A DNA stretch of 64,000 nucleotides. It comes from Gammaproteobacteria bacterium. Lineage in GTDB: Bacteria; Pseudomonadota; Gammaproteobacteria; Arenicellales; Poriferihabitantaceae. How positions within the stretch are numbered: position 1 is the first letter of the stretch; each line of letters begins with the position of its first letter. A program made the position numbers and the translations under genes. Of this stretch, positions 60,730 through 64,000 are shown piece after piece. The notes beneath the pieces were generated by a model. It saw only the letters and a list, made by a program, of their open reading frames with translations. It did no database searches and had not been told where the DNA came from. The stretch spans positions 3,214-67,213 of the forward strand of contig JAPOSW010000005.1 of assembly GCA_026709505.1 (NCBI GenBank), written 5' to 3'.

Positions 60730-61047
60730 TTAGCCGGTCTTTAGTTTCTCAGATAACGCTACCGTATTGTCCAAGACCCTGTTCTTCAGCTTCTGGCTGG
60801 CGCGAAAGGTAACTACCCGTCTTGCAGAAACCGGAATCTCAACTCCTGTTTTCGGGTTGCGTCCGGGCCGTGGATTCTTGTCACGCAAACTGAAAGTACC
60901 AAACCCGGATAGCTTTACCGGCACTCCACTTTCCAGAGAGACTCGAATCTCCTCGAAAAATAACTCTACGAAATCTTTTGCCTCACGTCTATTGAAACCA
61001 ACCTCATTAAACAAGGCTTCAGTTAACTCAGCTTTGGTAACCGTCAT
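60730..61047 (-). CDS. ihfA: Integration host factor subunit alpha
   Basis: [31 protein letters not shown]...[35 protein letters not shown] is the IHF-alpha signature. Confidence 0.95.
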   Translation of the reverse strand: MTVTKAELTEALFNEVGFNRREAKDFVELFFEEIRVSLESGVPVKLSGFGTFSLRDKNPRPGRNPKTGVEIPVSARRVVTFRASQKLKNRVLDNTVALSEKLKTG

Positions 61048-61128
61048 TTTTTGTTCTACTGGAATATATTGTTTTCAGGAGTGACAATGATAAACAATTC
61101 AAACCGGAATTTCCAAAAGTTTGAAAGT

Positions 61129-63519
61129 TCATTCACGAAGTTTTACGTTGATTCTGGCTTTCAGGTCCCGAATGATTTTCCCGATCAGATCGTCAATCTC
61201 ATGGGCGGTAAGGTTGCCTAAATTTGACTGAAAAGTCAATCCAAAAGCCATGCTTTTTGCATTCCGGCTTAGATTTCCACCTCTGAATACATCAAACAGG
61301 ATTACATTCTTGAGAAGGCTTCCAGCTGAAGACTTGATTTGGTCCTCGATGAATTGAACTTCAACTTGTTCTTCTACCACCAAAGCCAGGTCACGATGAA
61401 CTGGCGGGTAGTGCGATACATCGACAAATCGAGGCAGTTCCGCATGCAGTAAATGCTGCATGACCACCTCAAGCATGAATAAATCTGCTTCGATATCGAA
61501 CTGCCTGGCATGGGCTGGATGCAGCTTGCCCATCAACCCGATCAATTGACCCCCTATCAGAATTTCAGCTCCCTGCCCCGGTTGAAAAACCGGGCGGTCA
61601 CTCGGCTTGAAAATCAGCGAAGACGAATCTCTCGTCAATGAAAATGCACTGATCAGATCACCCTTGAGATCAAAAAAGTCGACCGGTGTTTCTGTTGCAG
61701 CCCATTGACGCGGCTTGACAGGTCCACAGACAACCGCAGACAACATCCTTGTTTCATGGTGATCCTGGGAACCTTTCTGTCCAGCCTCAAAAACAGTGCC
61801 CACCTCAAACAAGCGAACTCGTTTTTCCTGTCGACTTACATTGTTGCCGACCGCCTCAAGCAAACCCGGCCACAGGCTTTTTCGCATCACCGACATATTC
61901 TCGGCAATCGGGTTTTTAATCTTGATCGCAGAACTCTGGCCGGGTATCAGGCGATCCTGGACAGCCGGATCGACAAAACTGTAGGTCACCGCCTCGTGGT
62001 AGCCCAGAGCCTGCATTCTGAGCTTGACGTCATGAACCGGGATACTGGTTTCCTCCTTGTCCTTGATGCCCGGCAAGAATGTGCGAACGCGGGGTTGAAT
62101 GGCATCGAAACCAAAGCAGCGACCCACTTCCTCAACCAGATCGTAGGCGTTTTGTATGTCAAAACGCCAGCTTGGGGCGGTTGTAAGCCAGCCTTCCCGA
62201 GTCAGTTCAACCGTGAAACCGAGATTGCGCAGAATCGATTCCGTCATATTCGGGTTGATTGAATCTCCAAGAACCCGTTCAAGGTCAGAGGGCTTGAGCA
62301 TGATTCGATCATGTCGTGGCAAGTCCTGTTCACTGGCAACATCCACCAACGGACCAGCACTGCCGCCTGCAATGCCCATGATCAGGTCTGAGGCCATTTC
62401 CATAGCCTTTACCTGGATATCAGTATCGACTCCACGCTCGAAACGATATGACGCATCGGTCTGCATGCCCAGTTCGCGGGCTTTTCCGCGAATCGCATCG
62501 GGCGAGAAAAAGGCGGACTCCAGGAAAATTGTTTCAGACTCATTGGTAATCGCGGTATCGGCTCCACCCATAATGCCGGCGAGTGCAATCGCATGCCCAT
62601 GATCCGCAATCACCAGATAATCGGCATCCAGCTTGACTTCTTTCCCGTCAAGCAAGCGCAAGCGCTCGTCCTGAGCTGCCATCCGTACACATACTCCACC
62701 CCGGATTTTGGTCTTGTCGAAAGCATGCATCGGTTGACCAAGCTCGTGCATGACATAGTTGGTGACGTCAACAACTGGATTAATGCTGCGCATGCCGGAC
62801 CGTCGAAGTCGCTCAACAATCCAGTCGGGGGTTTTCCGGGAATAGTTCACTCCCTTCAGAACCCGCCCGACATATCGCGGGCACTCCCGGGTTGCCACGA
62901 CATCGACAGGCAGAACATCGTCAATGTCTTCAGCAGCCCTGTTGATTGGCAAGGGCTGAGCGGCTAGGCCATGAATTTCCGCAACCTCTCGTGCAATTCC
63001 GAGCATGCTCAGGCAATCACCGCGATTGGGGGTCAGTTCAAACTCAATGACCGGCTCGGACAGCTTCAAATACTCCACTACGCCCAGACCGACCGGAGCG
63101 TCATGATCAAACTCGATGATCCCCTCGCTGTCAGTATCCAGCCCCAATTCCATGGCCGAGCAGAGCATTCCCTGAGATTCACTGCCTCGTATGCTGGCTG
63201 CCTCCACCTGCATGTTAGGCAGAACGGCGCCGGCTTGAGCACAGGCTGTGACCAGGCCTTTACGAGCATTGGGAGCGCCGCAAACAATTGATAGCCTGTC
63301 ATCCCCGCCAATGTCAACCTCGCAAATCCGCAGACGCTCCGCATTCGGATGCTCAGCGCAAGAGATAATTCGACCAATGACAACATTGGCATGGTCCGAT
63401 AATGCACCGGCTGGTTCTACCCGGGCTACTTCAAGACCTGCCAGGGTCAGCTGCTCTGCCAGTTTCTCTACATTGCCGGGTTCAACCCATTGCTTCAGCC
63501 ACGAAACACATGCGCGCAT
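61129..63519 (-). CDS. pheT: Phenylalanine-tRNA ligase beta subunit
   Basis: The 796-aa ORF has an N-terminal tRNA-binding domain (MRACVSWLKQWV...VVIGRIISCAEHPNAERLRICEVDIG), B3/4 and B5 regions, and a C-terminal FDX-ACB domain. Confidence 0.95.
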   Translation of the reverse strand: MRACVSWLKQWVEPGNVEKLAEQLTLAGLEVARVEPAGALSDHANVVIGRIISCAEHPNAERLRICEVDIGGDDRLSIVCGAPNARKGLVTACAQAGAVLPNMQVEAASIRGSESQGMLCSAMELGLDTDSEGIIEFDHDAPVGLGVVEYLKLSEPVIEFELTPNRGDCLSMLGIAREVAEIHGLAAQPLPINRAAEDIDDVLPVDVVATRECPRYVGRVLKGVNYSRKTPDWIVERLRRSGMRSINPVVDVTNYVMHELGQPMHAFDKTKIRGGVCVRMAAQDERLRLLDGKEVKLDADYLVIADHGHAIALAGIMGGADTAITNESETIFLESAFFSPDAIRGKARELGMQTDASYRFERGVDTDIQVKAMEMASDLIMGIAGGSAGPLVDVASEQDLPRHDRIMLKPSDLERVLGDSINPNMTESILRNLGFTVELTREGWLTTAPSWRFDIQNAYDLVEEVGRCFGFDAIQPRVRTFLPGIKDKEETSIPVHDVKLRMQALGYHEAVTYSFVDPAVQDRLIPGQSSAIKIKNPIAENMSVMRKSLWPGLLEAVGNNVSRQEKRVRLFEVGTVFEAGQKGSQDHHETRMLSAVVCGPVKPRQWAATETPVDFFDLKGDLISAFSLTRDSSSLIFKPSDRPVFQPGQGAEILIGGQLIGLMGKLHPAHARQFDIEADLFMLEVVMQHLLHAELPRFVDVSHYPPVHRDLALVVEEQVEVQFIEDQIKSSAGSLLKNVILFDVFRGGNLSRNAKSMAFGLTFQSNLGNLTAHEIDDLIGKIIRDLKARINVKLRE

Positions 63520-63530
63520 GATGCTTGCCC

Positions 63531-64000
<470 letters not shown>

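Overview
This window looks like chromosomal core from a Gammaproteobacterium. GC appears moderate but was not computed. Several gene blocks follow the order known from Pseudomonas-type genomes: yajC-secD; trmJ/suhB divergent pair; mutS-fdxA; aroQ-accB-accC-prmA-DUF3426 ... purH-purD; sdhCDAB; accA-tilS ... pyrG-kdsA-eno-ftsB; and pheS-pheT-ihfA-merR-tRNAPro-gltX. I found three tRNA genes (Pro-GGG, Ala-GGC, Glu-UUC). I saw no rRNA genes, CRISPR arrays or prophage. About 60 coding regions can be assigned from motifs in the translations. The unusual content is a set of small decayed accessory islets wedged between conserved blocks. (1) An IS1595-type transposase with substituted catalytic residues sits next to a frameshifted, truncated DNA methyltransferase between purD and purE. 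(2) An in-frame chimeric ORF joins the N-terminus of an MttB-family methyltransferase to the C-terminal domain of a PanE-type ketopantoate reductase, upstream of sdhC. (3) A Gp49/HigB-like toxin with a frameshift, an intact XRE antitoxin and a signal-peptide Calx-beta-like gene split over two frames lie between pyrG and tilS. (4) A 1.5-kb gene-poor stretch upstream of accA holds a Uma2-family endonuclease pseudogene. One intact but functionally unassigned cluster at 8.2-14.9 kb combines a class V aminotransferase, a Cys/Met-family PLP enzyme coupled to a GNAT, a glutamine-synthetase-like ligase, and an N-formylglutamate-amidohydrolase-like gene coupled to an isochorismatase-like hydrolase. I do not see a convincing intact novel defence or mobile system. 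The most interesting items are that cluster, the deletion-fusion ORF, the open but catalytically substituted transposase, and the split Calx-like gene. All family assignments come from reading the translations without database searches and should be confirmed by HMM/BLAST.
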